A stretch of DNA of 64,000 nt, taken from the NCBI RefSeq assembly GCF_902459465.1, contig NC_047078.1, forward strand, positions 6,572,001 through 6,636,000, read 5' to 3'. The first letter of the stretch is position 1; each line of letters begins with the position of its first letter. The notes beneath the pieces are model-generated. The model had not been told where the DNA came from. It saw only the letters and a list, made by a program, of their open reading frames with translations, and did no database searches. Origin of the DNA: Asterias rubens (taxonomy: Eukaryota). A program made the translations under genes and the position numbers. Positions 10,885 to 23,825 of this stretch are shown here, one piece after another.

Positions 10885-13800
10885 TTAAGCAGCTCTTTGA
10901 GATTGGGTCACTAGTCTAAAATTAACTGTTTTGCTCTCACTTTTCTTCCTGGATGAATTTCTTGCCTGTGAATCTCTACCAGACTTGCTTGATGAGTCTA
11001 TGTTCGGGTTGACCTTACATGAATGGAGTTTACGGAGCTTCGTCCACTTCAACTTGAACGCTTTGCCGACCTTTAAAAATTAAGGTCAACAAAGGTGAGA
11101 AACAAATTATAATAATTATGTAAAACAAGGAAAATACAACAAAAACAAGAACAAAACAAAACTTCTAGATCGCTGATGAAAACTGTTTGAAACGTATCTC
11201 TTCCACGAGGAAGAGTTGGTTCCCATCCAGATGAACTTAAAGTCACCTGGAAGTGGTATTTTGTCAAAATAAAGCTTTTGTCACTAAAATATGTGTTTTG
11301 ATGAGTGGAATGTGAATAAACAATTATAAGGTTTAAAACAAATTAGTGTCAATGTTATTTAGAGGGCGCTGTTGTGACGTCAATCGAGGCGCGATGAATC
11401 GCATGCAGTGCCAACACAAGATAGTGACGCATGGCGCAAGCTTAAAACATGCCCTCAAAGTTAAAACAATACCTGATTTTTTTCACGTTATAGGCAAATG
11501 CTCCTTTAGGTTCGTTACGTCTTTCTCTCTGTCCTTACTCTATGGTCTTTCAGGTACCTTCTTCGACTTCCCCACTAGCTGGAAAAGTTGGGATGGCATC
11601 ATGTTTTAGAAAAGAACTTTTCTCTTCATGTCAAAGTGTGTAGTGTATTCCGAATTCTCGAAGCACGACGGCTCGAAGTGTTTGCTGCACAGCGCTGGAA
11701 TAGGCGTCATACCGCACCACTTTGCAAACTGATCTTTAGTGGTTTTGCTGCATCCAGCAACAATACACTTGGTCGATATTGCCAGAAAAATGCAAGACTC
11801 GTAAAACTCACGACGAGGACTTAAATGTACTTGCACGTACGTGTGTTCGATGTTCGATCAAGGCAAAGTCTGCCTCGATTGACGTCACAAAAGGGGTAGG
11901 CGGAGTCACTCTCCACACAATTTATTATTTTTTTTTTAACATATAAATCCTTAAAAACAATTACTCAAAAAACTATTTTATTGTTCAGAAACATACTGTT
12001 TGAAATTATTTCCAGGTGACTTTATTAGTTGAGAAGATTGTCTAAAGTGCCTGGGGTAGAAAATGTTGACAAATAGACGAGTGATACCAGCTCTGGATTT
12101 TCTCCTAAGTTTTGTTTTTGAGGTGGTATATAACTTCGAATATGTCATTGTAATTCCAGTATCCATTATTTTGCTGCAGTAATGAGGTGTGTTTAGACAA
12201 TGGTGTGTGTTCAATAAAAACGCTTTTTGCATTGCCTTGCTGTTGATGCCCTGTATGTGCTAATACGTGTATGGCAACCCGAGCGTCCCGATAGCCAGAT
12301 ACAATTGAGATATCAAACAACTTCAGAAATTAAATAATTAAAAACAACAAAAACAAACAAAAAACTTACTTCTTCGTTCAGAACGCAGTGGAGAATGAAG
12401 ATCCATACGCCCTGCCCAAGATAAAAAAAAAAAATACATGAGCTTATAATAGATAAATAACTTTAAAAAAAAAAGCAGAAGCAATTTTTATTTTATACTT
12501 TACAGTCTTATACACAAAAATGGTTGTTCAAAATTAAACATTTTATTATGAAATGAAGTGAGTGAAATTCAAACCTGGGACGAATTCAGGATAACAAAGA
12601 CGTAGGAGAGAGCAGCAACAGACCCATTAATATTCATTAGTCCGATCAACCACGTGATCCCCAAAAGTGGCGTCAGAAGAACAATTGCACGGGCTCCAGC
12701 TCTAAAAAAAAAAAAAAAAAAAAATAGCAACAAAGATTGCCTTGTGATTATTTTTCTCATTTTTAGTCAAGTACTTAACACCCGTTTCAGACCGGCGCGC
12801 CTCTAACCAAGATTAGGAGCGACAGCTAGGTCGACACAGTACATGTTTTGTTTCAGACAGGCGAACTTAACCTAACATTTAAATTAGTTTCGGCCGTTGA
12901 AAAGATCGACGTCTGCAACCAAGCCCTCAAGATTCGTTCCGAACGACTGCATTAGTCGATCTTTTGACCTCTAGCGCGTCCGGCCGCTCCAACTGTTTCA
13001 GACATCGAGAGTGTACTTATTTCAGACATTTTATACTTACACTATCTTCTTGGTATCTGATTTGTTAGCCAGTGCCTCAAGTGACAGGAATACTCTGATG
13101 ACGCGAACAAGCACGCAGGTATTGCACTGAAAATGGAAAAAAGGGGAAAATTATCAATTGGAACTTTTTAACAAAGTTTAAAGAGTTACAGGTCTATAAT
13201 AATGTTAATTACAATGCGTGACCATCTCTCCTGTTTCTGAAAGTGATTCAGAAAGTGTTTCTGAAAGTGATTCTTTATTGTATCTTGCATTGTTTGTTTT
13301 TGTTCTTCAAAATTATAGATTCTACCATAATGGTTTGCAGTGTAGCACTAAGGTAAATTTATGTCATGAGTTTTTATGCATTGATAAAGGTGATGTGACG
13401 TTTCGATCATTAAATGGTAAATGGTTTCATGGATATAATTTTTTTTTCATAAAGAATGGAAAAGGTTTAACTTACCGCAGTGACAAATATGACTGGCGCT
13501 ACGAAGGCCCAGATGACACCGTTTTGGTTGTTGAGCCAGCAACTGCAAAATATTTTAAACAATGATTCGATTTTAATTACTTTAACCACAAAAAAGCCAT
13601 CTCCGAAGCAAGTTTTTTTTCTCTATTTGCAGACATGACCCGGACCCGTGTCCTTTGGGGACAAGACCAATTATAACGAGTCAGTATGACGGCCCGATAT
13701 GACCCGAAGTCTGACTCTAGTCAAAATGATCTACAAAGGGTCAAACTGACGCATAGTCTGAGCTAAAATCCTATTGAATTTTTTACCACTTCTGGGTCCC

Positions 13801-16800
13801 CTCTGATGGGCCAGATTCCCTGGGATCCGGAATCCGGGTCATACTTCTGGGTCCCCTCTGATGGGTCAGATTCCCTGGGATCCGGAGTCCGGGTCATACT
13901 TCTGGGTCCCCTCTGATGGGTCAGATTCCCTGGGATCCGGAATCCGGGTCAGATATGACCCGATAGTTTTCAGAGTGTTGCTGGCAATCTTGCTGAGCAG
14001 GGTTTATTTCTTAGTTGACTGCAACTCTGTTGACCGTTTCCATAATTGAATTAAGTGAGGGCATAACCATTATGAACATTTGAAAACCTACCTGAGACTG
14101 GATGTGTAGGAGCTGAACTTGGCTGCAAGAGTTATCCCAACGACGATAAGTGGAAAAACTAGGACACATAATTTAAAATATTTTTGTAAGACGTTAAACA
14201 TAATTTTTATGTCAATCGAAAAGTATTTTCGGCGTGTGTTGGTAAAAACAGTTGTTGTAAATTATCAATGTATACTTATACTAATGGGAAAATTGTTTGA
14301 GATCTTAGTGTTCAAGGGTCAAGGTTCAAGGTTCGCCCTTTATAACTTTCAATCATTTATTTGAGTTATTTTATTACATTGACATTTCAGAAAATGTTTA
14401 ATTTGGTTAAAACATCTGTTAACACGATTTATGTTTTGCTATCATTCGGCCGTCTATACATGCCAACCAGCACGGTTTGTTTATCAACAATTGAAAGGTC
14501 GATAGTAGCCCAAAATGGAATGGAAGCAACTCTCAGAGTTTGAACTTTTGACCTTGCAAGTAGGCGTGGTCTATGTATGTAGAATGACCAATCGCTTTAT
14601 TAGAGCTCGAATATAGACGAATAAGAAGTAACTCGTCATCTCATCATATTCCTATACTGTGCAGAAACCCCCTCTGGAGTATACTCGCACATTGGTTGAG
14701 GTGCAAACTAGCAGGTGCAGACATAAACTCAAGGCCTAAAAAGATACGCATACTGTGCAAGTAAAAGCATTTAAGCATTTTGTGTGGGGGATGGATGATT
14801 AACTGAACGAACTATCTAAACAGTAACTTTGCGGGTACAACTATTTATGTTATCTATTTTGAGGGAATGTCAGCTCTGAAAAGAGCCGGTGTGGTCTCAA
14901 CGTTTCGAACAGTACACACTCTGCTCGTCTATAGGAGAATGTAGACCTTTCATCCTATCTTACCCCATCCAATCACAAACAGCATGCCCATGTGAATTGT
15001 GGTTCGGAAAACACTGGTTGCCTTCAAGTAGAGATTAGCGCCCTCTAGCATCATCCATGAGAAAGACGAGAGGAGGAAATAATGCAGGAGTGCTGCGACG
15101 GCTTTGCAAGTAACCTGTGACACAAACACATTAGATAGTTCTTAATAAAATACTTTTCTGAATCGTTATTTTTTTTAATCAGATGTTTCCATCCTGTAGG
15201 TTTTTAATTAACTCACTATTCTGTGAAAAAAATAGCTCATGTTTCAGACTTCAAAGAAAGCAACGAAAGGTTCGTTGTGTTGCAGGAATGCCACACGTAG
15301 GCCCCGGTAAAAACCTGGCATTTTTAGCTTCAATTATGCATAACTGATTTGACCCATTTCTTTGTAATTTTTACACATTTCTGGAGCCAATCACCTAAAA
15401 ATGCGGCAGGCCCTAGCCTCGCTGGCTAACCCAAAAATTATTAATATTGTAAAAAGATTGAAACGTTGTCTTTGTGGACAAATCGTTTACTTACAATTTT
15501 TAACACCTACATGCCTAATTATGTATTCTGACTGGACCACTTACAAAATATTCATGTAAATAATCTTGTCTAACAATGTTAGTAGACTTTGAAATTCTAG
15601 CTGGCAGCAGACTTAAAAGTTTTCATTGGTAGGTTGTTGTAAGCACGCGCACTATAACTAAGAACAATGGATTTAACTAGTAAGTCTGCTGCCACCTAGA
15701 GTCCGAAAAGTTCCTCATTGTGTAAGAAGGAAACAAAAGTGAGGTTATTATTTACCTGGTTTTTCACGTCGATACCAGTGAGGAAGATGATCTGGGAAAC
15801 AAGGATGCTGACTGCTAAATTGCCGTGAATAATAATCGTCTGGTTTCTAAAAACCCTTCAAAGAAAAACAAATTAACAACAAAAATTAAGACATTCAATA
15901 TAGACAAATTATCACACCATCATTTTATTTGAACATCACCAAAATTTTAACTTTGTTTTCCTAAAAAGAGTCTTTATCTGAAATAAACACATTTGCAGTC
16001 GTCTCTTGTAATCTTGACGTTCTGGTATATATTTTTTTTATACATATTTTAATGTAGCCAGCCAGTGGCATTGGACTTAAAGGCTTCCGAGTCATCAATG
16101 GGTGCGTTCGATTAGCTTCCCCGGGTCGACCCCGTGTGTGGCGGGGTTTTTTCCAGGAAGAACGTGGGTAATTATCTGCACACGTTCGTCCTGGGAAAAA
16201 AAAACGCCACACACCGGGGTCGACCCGGGGAAGCTAATCGAACGCACCCATAGTTATTTAGTTATTTTTTGAATTCCAGTCATGTGTCATTGGCTTACTA
16301 TTCTTCAATTCAGTTCAATTAAATTTAACAAACTTTAATCATCATCAATAGGCAATTACCTAAGTTGGACAGCTCATAAAAAAACATAAACAGTTATGGC
16401 TAGAATTAGACAATATACAATTACTTAGAAGATATAAAGATGCTATTCTTGCATTTTGTATTGGTCTTGTTGTAATGCCGAATGAATAATAATAAATTAT
16501 CTTAATCTTACGTAAGACAGGCATATAGTGTCAGCGTCAGGCAGAGACATGTAATTGAGATGATACCGCCAGCTAGTGTCAGATTATCCAAAATCCTCAC
16601 GTCAGTCGCTGATAATGACTAAGGAGAAATCAAGAAAAGAATAATCTCGTTAATGCCATTTAAACTATTATACATATATATTTACTTTTTTTTCCAGGAA
16701 ATCTTATAGGGGTTGCACTGCAAGGTTTGTTTTTCCCTCACACTTTTTCTGGGAGGCAGTGGATCAGAACAATCAAACAAAATGTTTTTGTTCTATTAAC

Positions 16801-17788
16801 AGTTAGGAAAACAATGAAGTTCTTAAAAAAGAGGAAAACACTTGAATAAATGTACCTGTTTTGCCGGTGACAGCTGCACAAGAACCGCAAAATTAGTCAG
16901 GTGATCACAGGAGCATGTCACGTGAGTGTCATTCATAAACGCCCTCTTACATCCTTCATCTGACCAATAGCCATCCGAGTCACTGTAAACGGACGAGACA
17001 CTCTCTTAAAATTTCCGGAGGCAAGCTAAATCTAATTTTAAAACCACTTTTACATGTACAATTTATGACTTAATTCCTTGCAAATTCAGCTACATAAAAC
17101 GAGTCATGATATGGCTCAAATGTTATGAGTAAAAACCACTGCGTATGAACGTCTCTTATAACACTGTTAAAGTATTTCATTTTTTCAACCGAACTCTGCA
17201 AATCGTTTAGTTTTTGTCGCGCTAAACTTCTGCGGAATGTTTGTCAAGCAGCCCAGTCCGTTTAAAGACTCTGGACACCATTGGTAACTGCCAAAGACCG
17301 TTCTTCTCGTTTGGTGTATTTCAACATATGCATAAAATAACAAACCTGTTAAAATTTGAGCTCAATTGGTCGTCGAAGTTGCGAGATATCTATGAAAGAA
17401 AAAAATATCCTTGCCACACGAAGTTGTGTGCTTTCGTATGCTTGATTTCAAGACCTCAAATTCTAAATCTGAGGTCTCGAAACCAAATTCGTGGAAAATT
17501 ACTTCGTTCTCGAAAACTACATTACTTCATCATAGGGAGCCGTTTCTCACACTGTTTTATACTATCAATCTCTCCCCATTACTCGTTACCAACTAAGGTT
17601 TTATGCTAATAATTATTTTGAGTATTTTACCAATAGTGTCCACTGCCTTTAAGTTGTATTGTTTGACGTGTGATAAAAGCTGGTTTATTGTTCTGAGGTT
17701 GGTGATTATAGTTTTCATGATTTAGTTGTGCTGGTCTTGTTAATACTCGGCACACAACATAGGGATGCAGTGAAAGTAGAATTGTATC

Positions 17789-17827
<39 letters not shown>

Positions 17828-18437
17828 GGTATACTGCACAATATCCACATATCGGGCGGGATGTACACGTGCAGGTGACTGAGCAGCAATGATTTACATG
17901 AAGTGAGCCCCCCTGATGATGTTACCCATATCCATAGCTTGAAGTTTACTCTTAAAAATACTAATAGTTGGTGCGTCGCAAATATCCTGTGGTAGTTTGT
18001 TACATTCTGCAAAGGATCTTGGGAGGAAGGAGAATTTGTAACAGTCTTTGTTTGCAGAAGGCTTGATTAAGGCAGTTGCAGCCTGTTGTCTAGTTCCAAC
18101 CCTTCCCGTGTGCGATTTGGTCTGGTATGAATCAGTGTCTATGGCAGTAAGCTTGTGAACGGATTTGTAAAGCAGTGACAAGCGTTGGATGGCCCGCCGG
18201 TGTTCAAGACTTTGACCGTGCAGGGTCGCATTTAACGAAGTTAGAAAGTAAGCAAACAACTCAAACAATATTTTCATGAGAACTTCAAACCAATACATTT
18301 ACTGTAACAATGAATAACATCAATTGAATATTTGTTTAGAGATATGTTGCAAATGTTTCCTTAAATAATCAGAAAGATTCCAAAAAGGGAATTTTGATTA
18401 CCCTGTTTGGAACGTGCGCTAGACTTCGATATTATTA

Positions 18438-18475
<38 letters not shown>

Positions 18476-21400
18476 CAACTGAAAAGTAAGTTACTTTGTA
18501 GCTGCTGTCCAAAACGAGCAAGTGCGACTCCCATCGTTTGTGGTATCCATCTGCACAAGTTAAAAGAATAACACAAAAATAATAACATGAACTTATTATT
18601 AAAGGTAAAATTTAAATTATATGAAATTTACCAATGTATCTTTCTGTTTACACTTTCTTTGTTCTTTTAAATTCCGGCTTGCGAAATGTATGTAAAATAT
18701 AAACTTTACATCCTTATTAATTAAAATCCGAGGCTCCTAAAAGAATCATCAATCCAAAGGCAATGCGTCTAAATGGAAAACAATTTCAATTAATAATAAT
18801 AATAATAATGAAAGTTTTAATATAACGTTAAATTATAATTAAGTCCCAAAGTGCTTTAATTTGAAAAGTGAAAGAGTGAAGCCAGAGTACAGATACTACT
18901 GAAAATACAGAAAGAACTACATGAATGCATACAATGAATCTTAAAGTTATTTTACATAAAGATGTGTCTTCAAATTATACTTAAACTGTTTTAGAGAGGA
19001 GCTATATCTTTGAATTTAAAGACATCTTAGTCTGTTGGGGTGGTCCCAAGGTAATTCCAACTCAGAAAGACTTTGTTGTAGCCTGGTGATAGATTGATAC
19101 GTTGTATTTGCTGCAGACTGTATCTATGAAGTTTTGTACGTATGAAATTCTGTACGTACAACATTCACAGGCGAAATTATGTATGTGGGTTTTTTTCTGT
19201 CTTTTTTTTCGGTTTTTTTTTCCGTTGTTTTTTTTTCGTTTTCGTTTTTTTTTTTTTTTTTTTCTTTTTTTTTTGGGGGGGGTTGTTGAATGCCAATGAA
19301 GTCTGTTTCCGGCAAACTTAACAAGGTCATGGCGACTAGTTGGCGACGCGACCTGTTGGTGAAGTAAACACCATGGATGACCAAACTATCTCAAAGCTTG
19401 GGCCTTTACTAGTCGAGGGTTAGGCCTATGTGTTATGGCTGAATTTGATCGAACGGTTCGCAACAATGTTCCTTTTCGCAGGGTAACAAGAAGAAAACAC
19501 AATTAACTTTAAATATAAAAAAAAACTGAATGGTAAAAGATGCTCAGTTGCCTGAATAATGAATGGATTCAAGCGAATCTAGTCAAAACAAACATTAATA
19601 TGAACATATCTTTTACCTTTCTCGTAGCAATTGTCATGGTTGCCGTCAGGTTTTCTGACTTAGAGGGCGCACTTCCATCCCTGATGACGTTGAGTGTTAA
19701 GATACAGCTCCCAAGCGGCATGTAGGACTCATTCGTTTTGGCGCCAAACGGATAGATGATGTTAACGTCCCTAACGCACGAAAGACCCATCCCCAAGCGC
19801 CCACCTGTAGAAAATAAGTAAATAAAATTAAGCATTTCAAGGAAGACCTTATCATACTTTATTTTGCAAAAGTCTTTAAAATTTCGAATAAAAATAAAAA
19901 TATGAATCTATTTTTTTGTTTATCCCCGGGTTCAGTTAAAAGGTCCCAATCCTCAGACCCCTATACCCTAGGGTCAACGGTACGGTTTTTATGGCATAAC
20001 CCAAACCTGGTCAGTCAAGATCTTTGTCAGTTGAACCAATATGAAACACTTTTGACCCCTGACCCACATCCACACACGTGGGGTTATCGACTCCCAAAAA
20101 TGTAAAAGTTCTCATTGTTCTTCCAGTGTTTGGGGATGCTCCATTAATTGTATACAAAATACAAAGAAGCACCAACACACCCGGTTCCCACAAACATCCA
20201 CACACAACCTTAAGGATCCAAGTATGTGGGGTCCTTCTATCGTTGTTCTATTATTCCCCTTTCTAAAGAATTTGGAGTCCAGGTTGAACAAAGAATTTGA
20301 AAGAATTTCCTTGTGGGTCCGTTTTGGTCCATTGTTAGAACCAACAAGGGCGCGTTTGTAGATATTCTTTGTTCTGTGCACTTGCGAAACATAACTTCAA
20401 CTTTGGTGGAAATACTGGGTGCGTTCGGTAAGCTTCGCTGGGTCGACCCCGCAGTGCTCACTCGTGTGAGCCCCTGACAAGAGCTAACGAACGATCGCAC
20501 TCGCCCTCTCGTGGTGACGGCATGCACCTCAGCTAAACGAACGCCCCCATTGTGTAGACGTGTGTTAATCCACACAGTGTTACACTGTGATTTAGGTTCT
20601 AAGCTCCAGAAATGATTTGTGATGCTTGCACGCCGTATATATGTCGAATGGGTAATGAACATCGGTACCATGCAGAACTCAAAATGTCCAGATTTGCCGA
20701 ATTAAAGTTTGGTATAAAAACCAGATTCTTACCCTTTTCATTATCCAGGCAGAGATCTACGTTATGGGGTAACCCGTTACTTGATGCAGTGCTGATTGAA
20801 CCGCACTGTCCACTGAAGGTCCGAGCTTCAACAACTAAAACGGGAAGCCAGACACGTCATTGAATCAATGCATACATAACACTTTGAAATTGAGAAATAT
20901 GACAGGACATTTGAGATCGTAGGATTTCTAGGATTGTTCTATATTCTTCAACTTCACAGATATATGAAATTGTTGGTACACTTATTTTATTTGTTTATTT
21001 ATTTATTTCCTCAAAACCTCAAAAAATTGAGAAGAAAAAAAGATTTGTTCAGTTTGAGAAAATACAATACAGGCCGTTCACAAGTGTCCTCAGCATTTTA
21101 CTATTGTTATAGAGTAGCCTAACATATACAAAACCGTTGTCATGTCTTAAATTTAAGAAAAGCATTTTAAGTAAAAAAAATAAGCAAAATGCATACCCAT
21201 GTTTCTGCTCTTGTGTGAAACAACCGAAGTGTTGGTACCAAAACTGCCTAACAGCAATGGTAGTAACTCGTCCATAAATTGCATGACCTCTATGACCTCT
21301 GAACCATCAACCTGGAAACAAAGTAAGTATCAAGGTAGAGACACAACAGTTGGTTGTTCAGTTTGAGAAAAATGAGAGAGATAAAAGAAGGAATATAGTG

Positions 21401-22741
21401 GTAGCACTTCTACATTAATAAAACAAAACTGCATGAGCAGAATAGTTGGGTCAGTTTCTAAATAAAAGCCAGTCAAATAATATAAGAGAGTTTTTTAGAG
21501 CTTCTAAGATAACTGCTTATCGATAAGGGTTTGACACTTAAACATCAATAAAGAAGACCAGTGATGATACGACACACGGTATATCCCTTAAAGACATTGG
21601 ACACTATTGGTAATTGTCAAAGACCAGTCTTCTCACTTGGTGTATCTCAACATATGCATAAAATAACAAACCTGTGAACATTTGAGCATAATTGGTCGTC
21701 GAAGTTGCGAGATAATAATAAACGAAAAAAAACATCCTTGTCACACGAAGTTGTGTGCTTTTAGATGGTTGATTTCGAGACCTCAAATTCTACATATATG
21801 AGGTCTCGAAATCAAACTCGTGGAAAATTACTTCTTTCTCAAAAACTATGTTATTTCACAGGGAGCTGTTTCTCAAAATGTTTTATACTATCAACTTAGC
21901 AAGTTAAGGTTTTATGCTAATAAATATTTTGAGTAATTACCAATAGTGTCCACTGCCTTTAAAAGGTGGACTGCATGAAACAGACGTGCTAAAATACGGG
22001 ATTGATAAAGTCCATTATGATTCAGATGCAAAACCCGCCATAAGCAAGAAAATATGCACCTGTCTATTATGCGAGCGAGAGTAATGCAAGTTGCATAGAG
22101 CACCTTCAAGTTGCATAGAGCATCTTCAAGTTGCATAGAGCATCTTCAAGTTGCATAGAGCATCTTCAAGTTGCATAGAGCATCTTCAAGTTGCATAGAG
22201 CATCTTCAAGTTGCGTAGAGCATCTTCAAGTTGCATAGAGCATTTTCAAGTTGCATAGAGCATTTTCAAGTTGCGTAGAGCATCTTCAAGTTGCATAGAG
22301 CATCTTCAAGTTGCATAGAGCATCTTCAAGTTGCGTAGAGCATCTTCAAGTTGCATAGAGCATCTTCAAGTTGCATAGAGCATCTTCAAGTTGCATAGAG
22401 CATCTTCAAGTTGCATAGAGCATCTTCAAGTTGCATAGAGCATCTTCAAGTTGCATAGAGCATCTTCAAGTTGCATAGAGCATCTTCAAGTTGCGTAGAG
22501 CATCTTCAAGTTGCGTAGAGCATCTTCAAGTTGCATAGAGCATCTTCAAGTTGCATAGAGCATCTTCAAGTTGCATAGAGCATCTTCAAGTTGCATAGAG
22601 CATCTTCAAGTTGCATAGAGCATCTTCAAATTGCGTAGAGCATTTTCAAGTTGCATAGAGCATCTTCCCTACCTGAGGATTGCTCTCCGGATCGGTGTTT
22701 GATTCCTTCTCAAGTATCTCATTACTGAGCTCGATACCCTT
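10885..22741 (-). CDS. Adhesion GPCR (ADGRD1/GPR133-like), GAIN/GPS + 7TM + C-tail, 5' part not found
   Basis: 15 phase-consistent GT-AG exons: 22741-22673, 21311-21197, 20834-20733, 19804-19617, 18550-18495, 16982-16856, 16618-16512, 15855-15756, 15114-14964, 14158-14092, 13542-13476, 13126-13041, 12701-12575, 12411-12370, 11070-10885 (529 aa + stop). Motifs: CSFW...W...GC...CSCDHL|TNFAVLVQL (GPS), [29 protein letters not shown]...[34 protein letters not shown]. No signal peptide, so more upstream exons must exist or were lost. The most 5' exon is the least certain. Confidence 0.9.
11237..12025 (-). mobile_element. Non-autonomous Kolobok-like DNA transposon with a THAP-domain remnant
   Basis: Termini TTAA-AGTCACCTGGAA ... 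TTCCAGGTGACT-TTAT; internal [12 protein letters not shown]...[11 protein letters not shown] (THAP C2CH signature) on the minus strand. Homologous copies at 51078 and 62462. Confidence 0.75.
13788..13951. repeat. 55-bp tandem repeat x3
   Basis: ACTTCTGGGTCCCCTCTGATGGG(C/T)CAGATTCCCTGGGATCCGGA(A/G)TCCGGGTCAT starting at 13788, 13843 and 13898; intronic in the GPCR. Confidence 0.92.
16098..16251. mobile_element. Short GC-rich MITE with 37-bp TIRs (relative at about 20417-20570)
   Basis: ATGGGTGCGTTCGATTAGCTTCCCCGGGTCGACCCC / GGGGTCGACCCGGGGAAGCTAATCGAACGCACCCAT. Confidence 0.8.
17262..17652. mobile_element. Major TTAA-AG MITE copy
   Basis: Same TIRs and body (GAGACCTCA..TTCTAAATCTGAGGTCTCG internal palindrome). 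Confidence 0.85.
17740..18240 (-). mobile_element. 3' end of a non-LTR retrotransposon with a (CCAGAA)n tail
   Basis: Minus-strand [15 protein letters not shown]...[18 protein letters not shown]...FKSKL, typical of a LINE ORF2 C-terminus, followed by the hexamer repeat at about 17789-17826. Confidence 0.8.
21588..21962. mobile_element. Major TTAA-AG MITE copy
   Basis: Same TIRs and body. Confidence 0.85.
22087..22666. repeat. 20-bp minisatellite, about 29 copies of CATCTTCAAGTTGCATAGAG
   Basis: Direct head-to-tail copies with few variants (GCGTAG, CATTTTC, AAATTG) and no spacers; lies in a GPCR intron next to the donor at 22672. Confidence 0.97.
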
Positions 22742-23550
22742 CTGTGTAAAATACAAAATTTTACAATTAACTTAGTTTAACAAAATAATGATGTTGATGA
22801 TACACAATCTGTCTCTTGATATGGCAGTTTGTAGGTCAGAAAGCAACCATGTGTTTTTGTGAGTTATATGCTTTTTCCAGGAAGCTAATTACTTTCACGC
22901 ATGCATACAGTCTAGTCTAAAGCCTAAACTAGCCACATAAATCATTAAATGTATTCAACTGGATTGTTGAAGATCATGAATTAAAAGATTCGTTTTTAAA
23001 AATAAAAAATGTTGACGTTTCAAACATATAATTTAGTATTTATAAATACCTCGGACAGTTTCGTTATTCCTATTGGTTGAAACCGCGTCACGTGGGTGTG
23101 TATAAACCTTTGTTTATGACCGGTAAAAAGGTTTAATTCATGGGCGTGACACGCGACCTTGCACCTGTTCTTATAAGACAGTTTCTTCATTCCTATTGGT
23201 CGAGAGCAACAGCTGAAACAGTTGTGCCACATCACGCGATACGCGCGAGGCGGCGGAGGGCTTTACCATTTCATAGCTGGAGGGGTGTTGTATTGAAAGA
23301 AATCGTTAAAAAATTATAATTTTTGCATTTATTTTACTTTTTGACCAAAAAGTTATGATGTTTTTGACCGAAAAGGTATTTAGCCCAACTGTAAATATGA
23401 AAGTTTCACATTTAATTAGATTTGTCCGTTGTTATAAAGCAAACACGACTCGGCAGTCTTTATGCCATTAAGTATGATAAAGCCATGAATTATTAATTAC
23501 AAAAAAAAACTTCAAGCATTTAAATCCTATGTTTTCTTGTCTACAATTAG

Positions 23551-23825
23551 AACTGGACGCCGATTTACAGACGATGCGTATCGAAGACGAAGCTACCAAT
23601 CAATACTTTCCAGATGTTTTTGATGGTTCCACACACTACTGGGTTTTAATCAATCAACACAAACTGGAATTCGGTAGACTTGGAGAAACCAAGTCCCTTG
23701 AGTGTCAATCTGATAGGATTATTGAAAACATTATCATTTGGTCCCAGTCTGATATGACTATAGCATTCTATGGGACCTGCCCTGACGCTGAGTTTTATGA
23801 CTTCGATCATCCATTGTCTTCTTAG
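23551..23825 (+). pseudogene. Orphan last exon (D0) of the secreted FAMeT-like family, with no upstream exons found
   Basis: Intact acceptor ACAATTAG and an open frame ELDADLQTMRIED...FDGSTHYWVLINQHKLEFGRLGETKSLECQ...VAFYGTCPDA..., homologous to the last exon of the five downstream genes. No copy of the signal, constant or third exon lies upstream in the window. Confidence 0.7.

Noticed and set aside
13218-13565. 115-aa plus-strand ORF that looked virus-like ([15 protein letters not shown])
   Set aside because: Its plausible-looking part is the reverse complement of GPCR exon 13542-13476 ([16 protein letters not shown]); the rest is intron.
17627-18012. ORFs with TRTRTR / PEPEPE repeats
   Set aside because: Translations of the (CCAGAA)n tail of a LINE fragment.
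22087-22666. Possible CRISPR array
   Set aside because: Head-to-tail 20-mers without unique spacers, no cas genes, and a eukaryotic intron context: a minisatellite.
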